From NCBI GenBank assembly GCA_040954595.2, contig CM082598.2, forward strand, positions 8,447,097 to 8,511,096: a stretch of DNA of 64,000 nucleotides, in the 5' to 3' direction. The notes below the pieces were generated by a model. It worked only from the letters and a program-made list of their open reading frames with translations. It was not told where the DNA came from and did no database searches. Source of the DNA: Balanoglossus misakiensis. Taxonomy: Eukaryota > Animalia > Hemichordata. The stretch's first letter is position 1. Each line of letters opens with the position of its first letter. Of the stretch, positions 50,766 through 64,000 are shown in pieces. The translations under genes and the position numbers were made by a program.

Positions 50766-52739
50766 TAAAACTGTGTTAAATTTCGTCATCAATTGCTTGA
50801 AATCACACAGGACATCCCCAGAGCTAAGTTACCCATGCAGAAGTCAGTTGCATCTCAGCTTGCAAATTGGGACTAATTCATGTCTTCATTGGGACTGTCT
50901 ACAGTCTCGTTCACAGTCTTTTGTGCTCATTTGTGAACTTAGAAATGTTCTTTCCTTTGAATTAATATGGGCCACTAGAACAATTTCAGCTTATTTGCCA
51001 ATAGAGAGGTTTAGTTACACTTACACGTAAATATGCGTACGTCTGATGGCAGCAGTGGCATTCGCATAGGTGTAACGACGCGTGAATTTTGCAGTTTAGT
51101 TGTCCGTTTTGAATATTAATAGAAAATTCAAATTTTTTTCACTTAAAATTTTGTGTGTTATGAATATTCTCTAAGATCACCACCCTTGCAATAGGTTTCT
51201 TGACTGCAGTGGAAATATAGTTTAGTAAAGTTTTCTGATGTCTTAATCGAGGCGTCCACTAAAAACTTATCATGGGAATAAATTTTGTTTTCATGTTTTT
51301 AAAACACCAAATACTGCCGGTTTTAGCACATATGGCAGAAATCTTTCAGATTACATGGATGCTGGCTACATCACAATTGCACTTTCAGAGATCAATCCCT
51401 CAAATTCGAGAGAGCAATCGTGACAGGTTACGTTGTTTGAAAAAAAAAAACGTTGACACGTCAATGCACCTCGCGGCGGACGCCACATGAATTTTTTTCA
51501 GATCTGGCTTTTTCAACGTGTTTGTTTGGTGTTCATGATTTAGTATATATCCATGTTCTTGTTCCGCTATTTCCCATTCCGAAAACCCCAAAGTTTTAAA
51601 CGTGTACACTTTGACTAGAAAAGGCCTCAGACACCTTCATATGCTGTCCGGCAGCCGGGGTGGGATATCCGACTGCAGTGCAGCTCAAAGTGGCGTGGAG
51701 CTGGTCATGTTTGGAGCGGTGCTGCCGGCCGGTGGATCGACGTCCCACTTTCATACCCGCCGGCGTGCGGCAATCGGCAAGAACCCATCGGGAGGAACCC
51801 AGTCCGTTCAAGCGCAAATGTCCCGTTCAGAAGGTAACTACGAGCTTCGTAGAGCAGCGTTCGACACGCTAAACAACTCTCGTCGTCCGTGTTCAAGTCA
51901 GTCTCCTACCCCTTTCTGTTCACGTCTCTCTCTCAACACGCACGTACTTCAACTGCGCAATTGGGATGGGAGGACGCCTCTTTGTCTAGTACATTGTGAC
52001 GTTGTTACAATTTTAGAGATAACGCGTTGCTGGCATGAAAGAAATACGATGTTGCCAGTTTGCCGTTTGTTGCTGGTAAAAAGAATTCCGTAGTAATCAC
52101 TTGCCAGTATTTATTTTACCTAGCAAGGAATCGCAATGTAACAGCAATGGCCAAGAGATATTGACCCTTTATTGCAAAGTTAACAATGTGTAAAGATGAT
52201 GAAAAATTCCTCGCCAGTTGCCTGCCTCAATAACACAGCAAAAACCTTAACAAGGTACCTAGGTATAGGTCAAAGGTCAACTGGCGAGGAAAATTAACAT
52301 AACACTAAACACTGTAAAATAGGTACATAAAGAATCTCCCACAAAGGTGTGGGCCTAAAAACGCCTCTAACAACTACAATCCAATGCAACAATGATATAA
52401 GTAGAGATACAAAGTCCATATAAGCTCTAAAATACATATACCTCCGTCCCAAACGACCTAGGTAGGGGAGGTAGATGGGGAGGCGGTGGGAGTGAAAATT
52501 CGAGGAGATGAACCAGCTCGTTGTCTTGAAGTCACGGCTGTAAAATGGAAAGGCTGTTCCTAGTATTGACTCCCCCCCCCCCCATAGGAAACTGCAAATA
52601 TTGTCAAGGCGGGAAAAATGAAGTTGCTCTTCCATGAAGTGTCTCCCCCCCCCCGGGAGACTTAAGTGCTGTAAACCTCCTTGTCGGTTAATATAAAACT
52701 GTAAAACTTGATCACTAAGAAGCATGTCTATAAATGCGA

Positions 52740-53255
52740 TTATAATAGTGATTATAATCGTGGTTATATCATGCTACCGTCCGCGAGTGGTAAAACGGGC
52801 CCCTGAACTAGCATGCAGCAGGGAAAATGTGCGGTTATACCACAGTCGCGCGGGATTAAACTAAATGAATAACATAAAAACACTTGAATTTACGGATGTT
52901 TTATTTTGGAACTGCTCTGCTCTGAACATTTTGCACTTTTGTCACTTTTTGGCGTCTGCTTTATGTTTAATGCTCGATCCCGGGCCGCACGTGTTTACAT
53001 TCACCGTCGCCATGTTGGTTCACGATCATAATTTCTCTTTCTGACGCCGTTTCGGTAAGAAAATGACACTGATTTGCCACAAAAAACAACTGTTGATATA
53101 ATATAATAGCAATAACCCCCGCCTCAGTAGGGTATACACTCGATTTAGGTACAAATTGCTCCATATAGCACTCGCCTAACGGCTCGTGCTATATGTCTCG
53201 AATTGTACCAAAATGTCGTGTATACCCGCCTGCGGCGGGGGTTATTGCTTAAATA
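52740..53255. mobile_element. Non-autonomous hairpin element (Crypton-like)
   Basis: Stem agcaataacccccgcc..gggtatacac..gcactcgcctaacggctcgtgc..gtgtataccc..gcgggggttattgct (53108-53249). The body at 52803-53050 is homologous to 10079-10310. Confidence 0.55.
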
Positions 53256-54097
53256 ACGCTTCTTCATCCTCTGATGCACTGGAATCTGTCAATTCCATTA
53301 CAGAACTGAAAAGGGAAAGTGCATAATGGCTTTATTTTAACAGCCAATTTTGATTCTCTGCTTACATATACCTCAGTATAGCCGTATGAAGTGTTTCATC
53401 CAGAAAGGGAAACGTCTATCGATATTAACACTCTGTTTACCATGTTGGTGCGTGAAATGACGTTAGCGAGCTTGAACGCAGCGTTCACAACAAAACATCA
53501 GCTGATCATGTAAACAGCCCACAGCCGACTTGTAAATATAGGTAAACTGTAGCGAAAGTGTAATGATTTTGTAAACCAATAAACTTTGCTATTTTGCTTT
53601 CAGTGTAGATAAAATGTCAAAAGGGCCATCCATTGTACTATGCAGGCAATGCAACACACGCCGCGACATGGGAGGTCCTAGTGTAGATCACAAACTCGTT
53701 TGCAGTTCACGGTCCTTCGACTCGTACGTGGTCAGTCAGGCAGATTATTTTTGACTTGCCCAGGCGAAAAATTATACTTGCCATGGGCGTCAGACAATAG
53801 GAAATAACGAGACCTGGAAATTTTTCCATAAGAAAAAAAAATAGTCGTCCGTGAAGAAAGTGCATTGTACTATGCATATTTACTTACCACAACGAGTGAT
53901 GTCATCAATGGCGCAAGACCTGTAATTATTACATATGTACCGTCGATTACTTGCACCGAGCGCAATACCAAAAACATTATGCCATACCTGTATGCAAATG
54001 AGTGGCCTGTTCACGAAACAAGCAATATCATTCCGCGGTCTCATTTCTTTCATTTTCGGTCTTTTTTCAAAATGGGATGAACATATGTAATAAAAAG

Positions 54098-54286
54098 AGA
54101 ACCCCATGTCTCAATCGTGCCAGCACGGCGTACCGGTAGTATTTGCACTCGTGCTGGCGGTGTATTCTTGCTGCCCCCCGCACTCGCTGTCGCTCGTGCG
54201 GAGGACGGGCGCAAGAATACACCGCCAGACATTCGATGCAAATACTACCGTTACGCCGTGCTTGCACGATCGAGCCATGGGGTTCT
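54098..54286. repeat. ~190-bp imperfect palindrome (hairpin element)
   Basis: agaaccccatg..atcgtgc..gcacggcgta..ggtagtatttgca..ctggcggtgtattcttgc and its mirror. Loop region gcactcgctgtcgctcgtgc. Confidence 0.85.
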
Positions 54287-55351
54287 GTCATATTCATTTC
54301 CCATAGACGACAATGGTAGCGTTGAGCTAAATATTCCTATTTTATAACGTTCAGCGAGCTGAATCCCATTAACTGCAGTCAGAACATGGTCTGTTTGTGC
54401 ACAGGCTAAATTTTCGTGCAGGCAAGTCCATGGATATTTTTCGGGGGAGGTCAAAATAGCGCCCCCAGTGGTAATTTTGAAAACAATTATGCCAAAGTGC
54501 ACAGTCGCCTAATGTGCATTACTCCGCTGTGTACAACAACATTACACCACATTCTCTCACACCAGTGGGAATTTTGAATGCATCTCAAAATGCTTTCTCC
54601 AAAAATGCTACATATCCATGGTAAATCCTATTGAGCATCAATTCAGGTCTCAAAATATTAGGCAATGCACTACTTTTTTTACGGACTATCTTCGAAGGTA
54701 ACGAACCAGGAAGTGAATTACAGGTCTTGTGCCAATATAGGGAAGTCAAAATTAACAAAAATGCTAAATTTTACTACCAGTGAAAACACAGATTGTCCCA
54801 ATAAATAATGTTAAAATATAAAAGTCCCTCGCCAAGTACTTCTGCTGATGGGTCAGTTTGAAGCCATACATGTGTAGTAGTGACACATGTCATTTTAATT
54901 TTCAAAAAAATAAGCTGTGACACATGAAATCATACTACTAGAAAAAAATCTTGCAGCCCCAGAACATAGATCCTACAAGTTTTGCATTTGTCAAAGACTG
55001 TCTCTCTCATAACTGTTGTAATCATCGCAGAAATTTGAAATACAACATAAAACTTTGCTAATTTTCAATGGAAATGCAATATTACTGGTATTTTTGCTCA
55101 AATTTCTGAAAATAAACATCTCCCTCAGAAAAACCAATGAAGGGATTTGAACATATGAAAACACTTGACACTCCTGCTTTACAAAAAAAAATATACTAAT
55201 TTGGCCAGGCAGAAAATATTTACATTAAAAAATGGCATTTTGTTACCCTACACCCAAATAACAGAGAAATCCAATATGGCTGCCTTTGCCACCGAATGAC
55301 ATTTTGCCTTGCTGAGCAACATGCATAGAATGGAATATTAAGGAACATTCT

Positions 55352-55665
55352 CTATACATCAAAGTGTAGATATAATTCCATCGTTTGTGAGGGTGGGAAA
55401 AGAAAGAATTGGATGAAGCGGTCTGTACATCTGTCACCCTATGGGCTCACAAAAGTCAACATGAATGAAAATGATGAAATACTGCTGAGGGATATTATAG
55501 CTATAAAATTAAGTGAAGAAAGCCTTGAAAAGCTTAGATTTGGCACCAATACTCAACGGTGTGAGGCAGTGAATCTGGGCATTAATACTTCGTTACATAA
55601 AAATTTCAATTTCTCTCGCAATGCGACTTCACGTGTAGCTTCAGCAATTCATCGTCTAAATGGTA
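55352..55665 (+). pseudogene. Fragment resembling the C-terminal part of a second Mutator-like transposase, cut by the satellite
   Basis: SKCRYNSIVCEGGKRKNW..LEKLRFGTNTQRCEAVN..KNFNFSRN..RVASAIHRLNG. The TQxxExxN motif resembles the catalytic-Glu region of animal Mutator-like transposases. Confidence 0.5.
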
Positions 55666-58600
55666 TTCAAAGAAAGGTCACGTAACAGGATATGTTGTAC
55701 AAAAAAGACTTATGTATATTTTCAAGGCTTTGTTTTGGAATAACAAATTCTCTCCAAGATTTATGTGGAATAGTCACAGAATGAAAGCAAATATGGAAAG
55801 AGTTATGCTGGAATGCTGTAAGGGATAGATTAATATTGCAAATAATTTAATTTCTTACATCATAAAATGAATTCAAAGAATAGTCACATAACAGGATATG
55901 TTTTACTAAAAGACATGTATAGTTTCAAGGCTTTGTTTTGGAATAACAAATTCTCTACAAGATTTAAGTGGAACAGTCACAGAATGAAAACAAATATGGA
56001 AAGAGTTATGCTGGAATGCTGTAAGGGATAGATTAATATTGCAAATAATTTAATTTCTTACATCATAGAATGAATTCAAAGAATGGTCACATAACAGGAT
56101 ATGTTTTACTAAAAAGACATGTATAGTTTCAAGGGTTTGTGTTGAAATACCGAATTCTCTCCAAGATTTAAGTGGAACAGTTACAGAATGAAAACAAATA
56201 TTGAAAGAGTTATGCTGGAATGCTGTAAGGGATAGATTAATATTGCAAATAATTTAATTCCTTACATCATAAATGGAATTCAAAGAATGGTCACATAACG
56301 GGCCATGTTTTACTAAAAAAAAACCTATGTACAGTTTCAAGGGTTTGTGTTGAAACACCGAATTCTCTCCAAGATTTAAGTGGAACAGTCACAGAATGAA
56401 AACAAATATGGAAAGAGTTATGCTGGAATGTTGTAAGAGATAGATTAATATTGCAAATAATTTTATTTCTTACATCATAAATGGAATTCAAAGAAAGGTC
56501 ACGTAACAGGATATGTATAGTTTCAAGGCTTTGTTTCGGAATAACGAATTCTCTACAAGATTTAAGTGGAACAGTCACAGAATGAAAACAAATATGGAAA
56601 GAGTTATGCTGGAATGTTGTAAGGGATAGATTAATATTGCAAAAAAATGTAATTTCTTACATCATAAATGGTATTCAAAGAAAGGTCACATAACAGGATA
56701 TGTATAGTTTCAAGGCTTTGTTTCGGAATAACGAATTCTCTACAAGATTTTAGTGGAACAGTCACAGATTGAAAACAAATAAGGAAAAAGTTATGCTGGA
56801 ATGTTGTAAGGGATAGATTAATATTGCAAATAATTTAATTTCTTACATCATAAATGGAATTCAAGGAATGGTCACATAACGGGCCATGTTTAACTAAAAA
56901 GACTTATGTATTGTTTCAAGGCTTTGTTTTGGAATAATGAATTCTCTACAAGATTTAAGTGGAACAGTTACAGAATGAAAATAAATATGGAAAGAGTTAT
57001 GCCGGAATGTTGTAAGGGATAGATTAATATTGCAAATAATTTAATTTCTTACATCCTAAATGGAATTCAAAGAATGGTCACATAACGGGCCATGTTTTAC
57101 ATAAAAGACTTATGTATAGTTTCAAGGGTTTGTGTTATACTGAATTCTCTACAAGATTTAAGTGGAACAGTCACAGAATGAAAGCAAATATGTAAAGAGT
57201 TATGCTGGAATGCTGTAAGGGATAGATTAATATTGCAAATAATTTAACTTCTTACATCATAAATGGAATTCAAAGAATGGTCACATTACAGGATATGTTT
57301 TACTAAAAAGACATGTATAGTTTCAAGGGTTTGTGTTGAAATACTGAATTCTCTACAAGATTTAAGTGGAACAGTTACAGAATGAAAACAAATATTGAAA
57401 GAGTTATGCCAGAATGTTGAAAGAGATAGATTAATATTGCAAATAATTTAATTTCTTACATCATAAATAGAATTCAAAGAATGGTCACATAACAGGATAT
57501 GTTTTACTAAAAAGACATGTATAGTTTCAAGGGTTTGTGTTGAAATACAGAATTCTCTACAAGATTTAAGTGGAACAGTTACAGAATGAAAACAAATATT
57601 GAAAGAGTTATGCCAGAATGTTGTAAGGGATAGATTAATATTGCAAATAATTTAATTTCTTACATCATAAATGGAATTCAAAGAATGGTCACATAACAGG
57701 ATATGTTTTACTAAAAAGACATGTATAGTTTCAAGGGTTTGTGTTGAAATACAGAATTCTCTACAAGATTTAAGTGGAACAGTTACAGAATGAAAACAAA
57801 TATTGAAAGAGTTATGCCAGAATGTTGTAAGGGATAGATTAATATTGCAAATAATTTAATTTCTTACATCATAAATGGAATTCAAAGAATGGTCACATAA
57901 CAGGATATGTTTTACTAAAAAGACATGTATAGTTTCAAGGGTTTGTGTTGAAATACAGAATTCTCTACAAGATTTAAGTGGAACAGTTACAGAATGAAAA
58001 CAAATATTGAAAGAGTTATGCCAGAATGTTGTAAGGGATAGATTAATATTGCAAATAATTTTATTTCTTACATCATCAATGGAATTCAAGAAAGGTCACG
58101 TAACAGGATATGTATAGTTTCAAGGCTTTGTTTTGGAATAACGAATTCTCTACAAGATTTAAGTGGAACAGTCACAGAATGAAAACAAATATGGAAAGAG
58201 TTATGCCGGAATGTTGTAAGGGATAGATTAATATTGCAAATAATTTAATTTCTTACATCATAAATGGAATTCAAAGAATGGTCACATAACAGGATATGTT
58301 TTACTAAAAAGACATGTATAGTTTCAAGGGTTTCTGTTGAAATACAGAATTCTCTACAAGATTTAAGTGGAACAGTTACAGAATGAAAACAAATATTGAA
58401 AGAGTTATGCCAGAATGTTGTAAGGGATAGATTAATATTGCAAATAATTTAACTTCTTACATCATAAATGGAATTCAAAGAATGGTCACATTACAGGATA
58501 TGTTTTACTAAAAAGACATGTAAAGTTTCAAGGATTTGTTTTGGAATAACAAATTCTCTACAAGATTTAACTGGAAGAGTTATGCTGGAATGCTGTAAGG

Positions 58601-61600
58601 GATAGATTAATATTGCAAATAATTTAATTTCTTACATCATAAATGGAATTCAAAGAATGGTCACATTACAGGATATGTTTTACTAAAAAGACATGTATAG
58701 TTTCAAGGGTTTCTGTTGAAATACTGAATTCTCTACAAGATTTAAGTGGAACAGTTACAGAATGAAAACAAATATTGAAAGAGTTATGCCAGAATGTTGA
58801 AAGGGATAGATTAATATTGCAAATAATTTCATTTCTTACATCATAAATGGAATTCAAAGAATGGTCACATAACAGGATATGTTTTACTAAAAAGACATGT
58901 ATAGTTTCAAGGGTTTGTGTTGAAATACAGAATTCTCTACAAGATTTAAGTGGAACAGTTACAGAATGAAAACAAATATTGAAAGAGTTATGCCAGAATG
59001 TTGTAAGGGATAGATTAATATTGCAAATAATTTTATTTCTTACATCATCAATGGAATTCAAGAAAGGTCACGTAACAGGATATGTATAGTTTCAAGGCTT
59101 TGTTTTGGAATAACGAATTCTCTACAAGATTTAAGTGGAACAGTCACAGAATGAAAACAAATATGGAAAGAGTTATGCTGGAATGTTGTAAGGGATAGAT
59201 TAATATTGCAAATAATTTTATTTCTTACATCATCAATGGAATTCAAGAAAGGTCACGTAACAGGATATGTATAGTTTCAAGGCTTTGTGTTGAAATACCG
59301 AATTCTCTCCAAGATTTAAGTGGAACAGTCACAGAATGAAAAAAATATTGAAAGAGTTATGCTGGAATGTTGTAAGAGATAGATTAATATTGCAAATAAT
59401 TTTATTTCTTACATCATAAATGGAATTCAAAGAAAGGTCACGTAACAGGATATGTATAGTTTGAAGGCTTTGTTTCGGAATAACGAATTCTCTACAAGAT
59501 TTAAGTGGAACAGTCACAGAATGAAAACAAATATTTAAAGAGTTATGCTGGAATGTTGTAAGGGATAGATTAATATTGCAAAAAAATGTAATTTCTTACA
59601 TCATAAATGGTATTCAAAGAAAGGTCACATAACAGGATATGTATAGTTTCAAGGCTTTGTTTCGGAATAACAAATTCTCTACAAGATTTAAGTGGAACAG
59701 TCACAGAATGAAAACAAATAAGGAAAAAGTTATGCTGGAATGTTGTAAGGGATAGATTAATATTGCAAATAATTTAATTTCTTACATCATAAATGGAATT
59801 CAAAGAATGGTCACATTACAGGATATGTTTTACTAAAAAGACATGTATAGTTTCAAGGGTTTCTGTTGAAATACTGAATTCTCTACAAGATTTAAGTGGA
59901 ACAGTTACAGAATGAAAACAAATATTGAAAGAGTTATGCCAGAATGTTGAAAGGGATAGATTAATATTGCAAATAATTTAATTTCTTACATCATAAATGG
60001 AATTCAAAGAATGGTCACATAACAGGATATGTTTTACTAAAAAGACATGTATAGTTTCAAGGGTTTGTGTTGAAATACAGAATTCTCTACAAGATTTAAG
60101 TGGAACAGTTACAGAATGAAAACAAATATTGAAAGAGTTATGCCAGAATGTTGTAAGGGATAGATTAATATTGCAAATAATTTTATTTCTTACATCATCA
60201 ATGGAATTCAAGAAAGGTCACGTAACAGGATATGTATAGTTTCAAGGCTTTGTGTTGAAATACCGAATTCTCTCCAAGATTTAAGTGGAACAGTCACAGA
60301 ATGAAAACAAATATTGAAAGAGTTATGCTGGAATGTTGTAAGAGATAGATTAATATTGCAAATAATTTTATTTCTTACATCATAAATGGAATTCAAAGAA
60401 AGGTCACGTAACAGGATTTGTATAGTTTGAAGGCTTTGTTTCGGAATAACGAATTCTCTACAAGATTTAAGTGGAACAGTCACGGAATGAAAACAAATAT
60501 TTAAAGAGTTATGCTGGAATGTTCTAAGGGATAGATTAATATTGCAAAAAAATGTAATTTCTTACATCATAAATGGTATTCAAAGAAAGGTCACATAACA
60601 GGATATGTATAGTTTCAAGGCTTTGTTTCGGAATAACGAATTCTCTACAATTTCTACAAGATTTAAGTGGAACAGTCACAGAATGAAAACAAATAAGGAA
60701 AAAGTTATGCTGGAATGTTGTATGGGATAGATTAATATTGCAAATAATTTAATTTCTTACATCATAAATAGAATTCAAGGAATGGTCACATAACGGGCCA
60801 TGTTTTACTAAAAAGACTTATGTATTGTTTCAAGGCTTTGTTTTGGAATAATGAATTCTCTACAAGATTTAAGTGGAACAGTTACAGAATGAAAACAAAT
60901 ATGGAAAGAGTTATGCTGGAATGCTGTAAGGGATAGATTAATATTGCAAATAATTTAATTTCTTACATCATAAAATGAATTCAAAGAATGGTCACATAAC
61001 AGGATATGTTTTACTAAAAAGACATGTATAGTTTCAAGGCTTTGTTTTGGAATAACAAATTCTCTACAAGATTTAACTGGAACAGTCATAGAATGAAAAC
61101 AAATATGGAAAGAGTTATGCTGGAATGCTGTAAGGGATAGATTAATATTGCAAATAATTTAATTTCTTACATCATAAATGGAATTCAAAGAATGGTCACA
61201 TTACAGGATATGTTTTACTAAAAAGACAAGTATAGTTTCAAGGGTTTCTGTTGAAATACTGAATTCTCTACAAGATTTAAGTGGAACAGTTACAGAATGA
61301 AAACAAATATTGAAAGAGTTATGCCAGAATGTTGAAAGGGATAGATTAATATTGCAAATAATTTAATTTCTTACATCATAAATTGAATTCAAAGAATGGT
61401 CACATAACAGGCCATGCTTTACTAAAAAGACATGTATAGTTTCAAGGGTTTGTGTTGAAATACCGAATTCTCTCCAAGATTTAAGTGGAACAGTCACAGA
61501 ATGAAAACAAATATGGAAAGAGTTATGCTGGAATGTTGTAAGAGATAGATTAATATTGCAAATAATTTTATTTCTTACATCATAAATGGAATTCAAAGAA

Positions 61601-64000
61601 TGGTCACATAACAGGCCATGCTTTACTAAAAAGACTTATGTATAGTTTCAAGGGTTTGTGTTGCAATACCGAATTCTCTCCAAGATTTAAGTGGAACAGT
61701 CACAGAATGAAAACAAATATGGAAAGAGTTATGCTGGAATGTTGTAAGAGATAGATTAATATTGCAAATAATTTTATTTCTTACATCATAAATGGAATTC
61801 AAAGAATGGTCACATAACAGGCCATGCTTTACTAAAAAGACTTATGTATAGTTTCAAGGCTTTGTGTTGAAATACCGAATTCTCTCCAAGATTTAAGTGG
61901 AACAGTCACAGAATGAAAACAAATATGGAAAGAGTTATGCTGGAATGTTGTAAGGGATAGATTAATATTGCAAATAATTTAATTTCTTACATCATAAATG
62001 GAATTCAAAGAATGGTCACATAACAGGCCATGCTTTACTAAAAAGACTTATGTATAGTTTCAAGGGTTTGTTTTGGAATAATGAATTCTCTACAAGATTT
62101 AAGTGGAACAGTCACAGAATGAAAACAAATATGGAAAGAGTTATGCTGGAATGTTGTAAGAGATAGATTAATATTGCAAATAATTTTATTTCTTACATCA
62201 TAAATGGAATTCAAAGAATGGTCACATAACAGGCCATGCTTTACTAAAAAGACTTATGTATAGTTTCAAGGCTTTGTGTTGAAATACCGAATTCTCTCCA
62301 AGATTTAAGTGGAACAGTCACAGAATGAAAACAAATATGGAAAGAGTTATGCTGGAATGTTGTAAGAGATAGATTAATATTGCAAATAATTGTATTTCTT
62401 ACATCATAAATGGAATTCAAAGAATGGTCACATAACAGGCCATGCTTTACTAAAAAGACTTATGTATAGTTTCAAGGGTTTGTGTTGAAATACCGAATTC
62501 TCTCCAAGATTTAAGTGGAACAGTCACAGAATGAAAACAAATATGGAAAGAGTTATGCTGGAATGTTGTAAGGGATAGATTAATATTGCAAATAATTTAA
62601 TTTCTTACATCATAAATTGAATTCAAAGAATGGTCACATAACAGGATATGTTTTACTAAAAAGACATGTATAGTTTCAAGGGTTTGTGTTGAAATACCGA
62701 ATTCTCTCCAAGATTTAAGTGGAACAGTCACGGAATAAAAACAAATATTGAAATAGTTATGCTGGAATGTTGAAAGGGATAGATTAATATTGCAAATAAT
62801 TTAATTTCTTACATCATAAATTGAATTCAAAGAATGGTCACATAACAGGCCATGCTTTACTAAAAAGACATGTATAGTTTCAAGGGTTTGTGTTGAAATA
62901 CCGAATTCTCTCCAAGATTTAAGTGGAACAGTCACAGAATGAAAACAAATATGGAAAGAGTTATGCTGGAATGTTGTAAGAGATAGATTAATATTGCAAA
63001 TAATTTTATTTCTTACATCATAAATGGAATTCAAAGAATGGTCACATAACAGGCCATGCTTTACTAAAAAGACTTATGTATAGTTTCAAGGCTTTGTGTT
63101 GAAATACCGAATTCTCTCCAAGATTTAAGTGGAACAGTCACAGAATGAAAACAAATATGGAAAGAGTTATGCTGGAATGTTGTAAGGGATAGATTAATAT
63201 TGCAAATAATTTAATTTCTTACATCATAAATGGAATTCAAAGAATGGTCACATAACAGGCCATGCTTTACTAAAAAGACTTATGTATAGTTTCAAGGGTT
63301 TGTTTTGGAATAATGAATTCTCTACAAGATTTAAGTGGAACAGTCACAGAATGAAAACAAATATGGAAAGAGTTATGCTGGAATGTTGTAAGAGATAGAT
63401 TAATATTGCAAATAATTTTATTTCTTACATCATAAATGGAATTCAAAGAATGGTCACATAACAGGCCATGCTTTACTAAAAAGACTTATGTATAGTTTCA
63501 AGGCTTTGTGTTGAAATACCGAATTCTCTCCAAGATTTAAGTGGAACAGTCACAGAATGAAAACAAATATGGAAAGAGTTATGCTGGAATGTTGTAAGAG
63601 ATAGATTAATATTGCAAATAATTGTATTTCTTACATCATAAATGGAATTCAAAGAATGGTCACATAACAGGCCATGCTTTACTAAAAAGACTTATGTATA
63701 GTTTCAAGGGTTTGTGTTGAAATACCGAATTCTCTCCAAGATTTAAGTGGAACAGTCACAGAATGAAAACAAATATGGAAAGAGTTATGCTGGAATGTTG
63801 TAAGGGATAGATTAATATTGCAAATAATTTAATTTCTTACATCATAAATTGAATTCAAAGAATGGTCACATAACAGGATATGTTTTATTAAAAAGACATG
63901 TATAGTTTCAAGGGTTTGTGTTGAAATACCGAATTCTCTCCAAGATTTAAGTGGAACAGTCACGGAATAAAAACAAATATTGAAATAGTTATGCTGGAAT
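55661..64000. repeat. Satellite DNA, 204-206-bp monomer (variant ~186 bp), ~41 copies, runs off the window
   Basis: gaattcaaagaatggtcac at 61385, 61589, 61795, 62001, 62207, 62413, 62619, 62823 and onward. The short variant lacks gttttactaaaaagacat. Confidence 0.97.

Noticed and set aside
53805-54740. TIR pair around the 54.1-kb hairpin
   Set aside because: The short inverted matches (gtccgt..agtgcattg; gcaagacctgtaatt) are not in nested order, and there is no TSD.
56291-63034. Minus-strand ORFs in the satellite
   Set aside because: They are chance open frames through tandem monomers.

Overview
AT-rich animal (probably marine invertebrate) genomic DNA made almost entirely of nested transposons and tandem repeats. 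I found no intact host gene, RNA gene or CRISPR array. The main structure is a six-exon, spliced, now-disabled Mutator/MULE gene at 2112-20523 (+). Removing two inserted transposons at their target-site duplications (TSDs) and correcting one 1-nt frameshift gives a single ~1,347-aa protein containing two premature stops. Its domain order is ZSWIM3-like N-terminus, MULE DDE transposase, SWIM finger, 62-aa repeats, Ulp1/SENP (C48) protease and PHD finger. The two exon insertions are a 7.7-kb foldback element (ATA TSD, itself holding a HINE/Helentron-like element with 239-bp repeats) and a 1.1-kb TTAA Kolobok derivative with THAP and KolX-like remnants. The introns carry Harbinger- and Kolobok-type MITEs. 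The last three exons (protease catalytic core and PHD) lie in a 4-copy, ~4.37-kb tandem array at 18122-35597. Also present: a Crypton-type tyrosine recombinase pseudogene (1-914), palindromic ATCGACACG..CGTGTCGAT arrays, an AcademH-like MITE whose empty site is in the same window, a decayed LINE, three hairpin elements, a second transposase-like fragment, and an 8.3-kb ~205-bp satellite with a 6-mer higher-order repeat. All calls come from reading the sequence by eye; no database searches were run.
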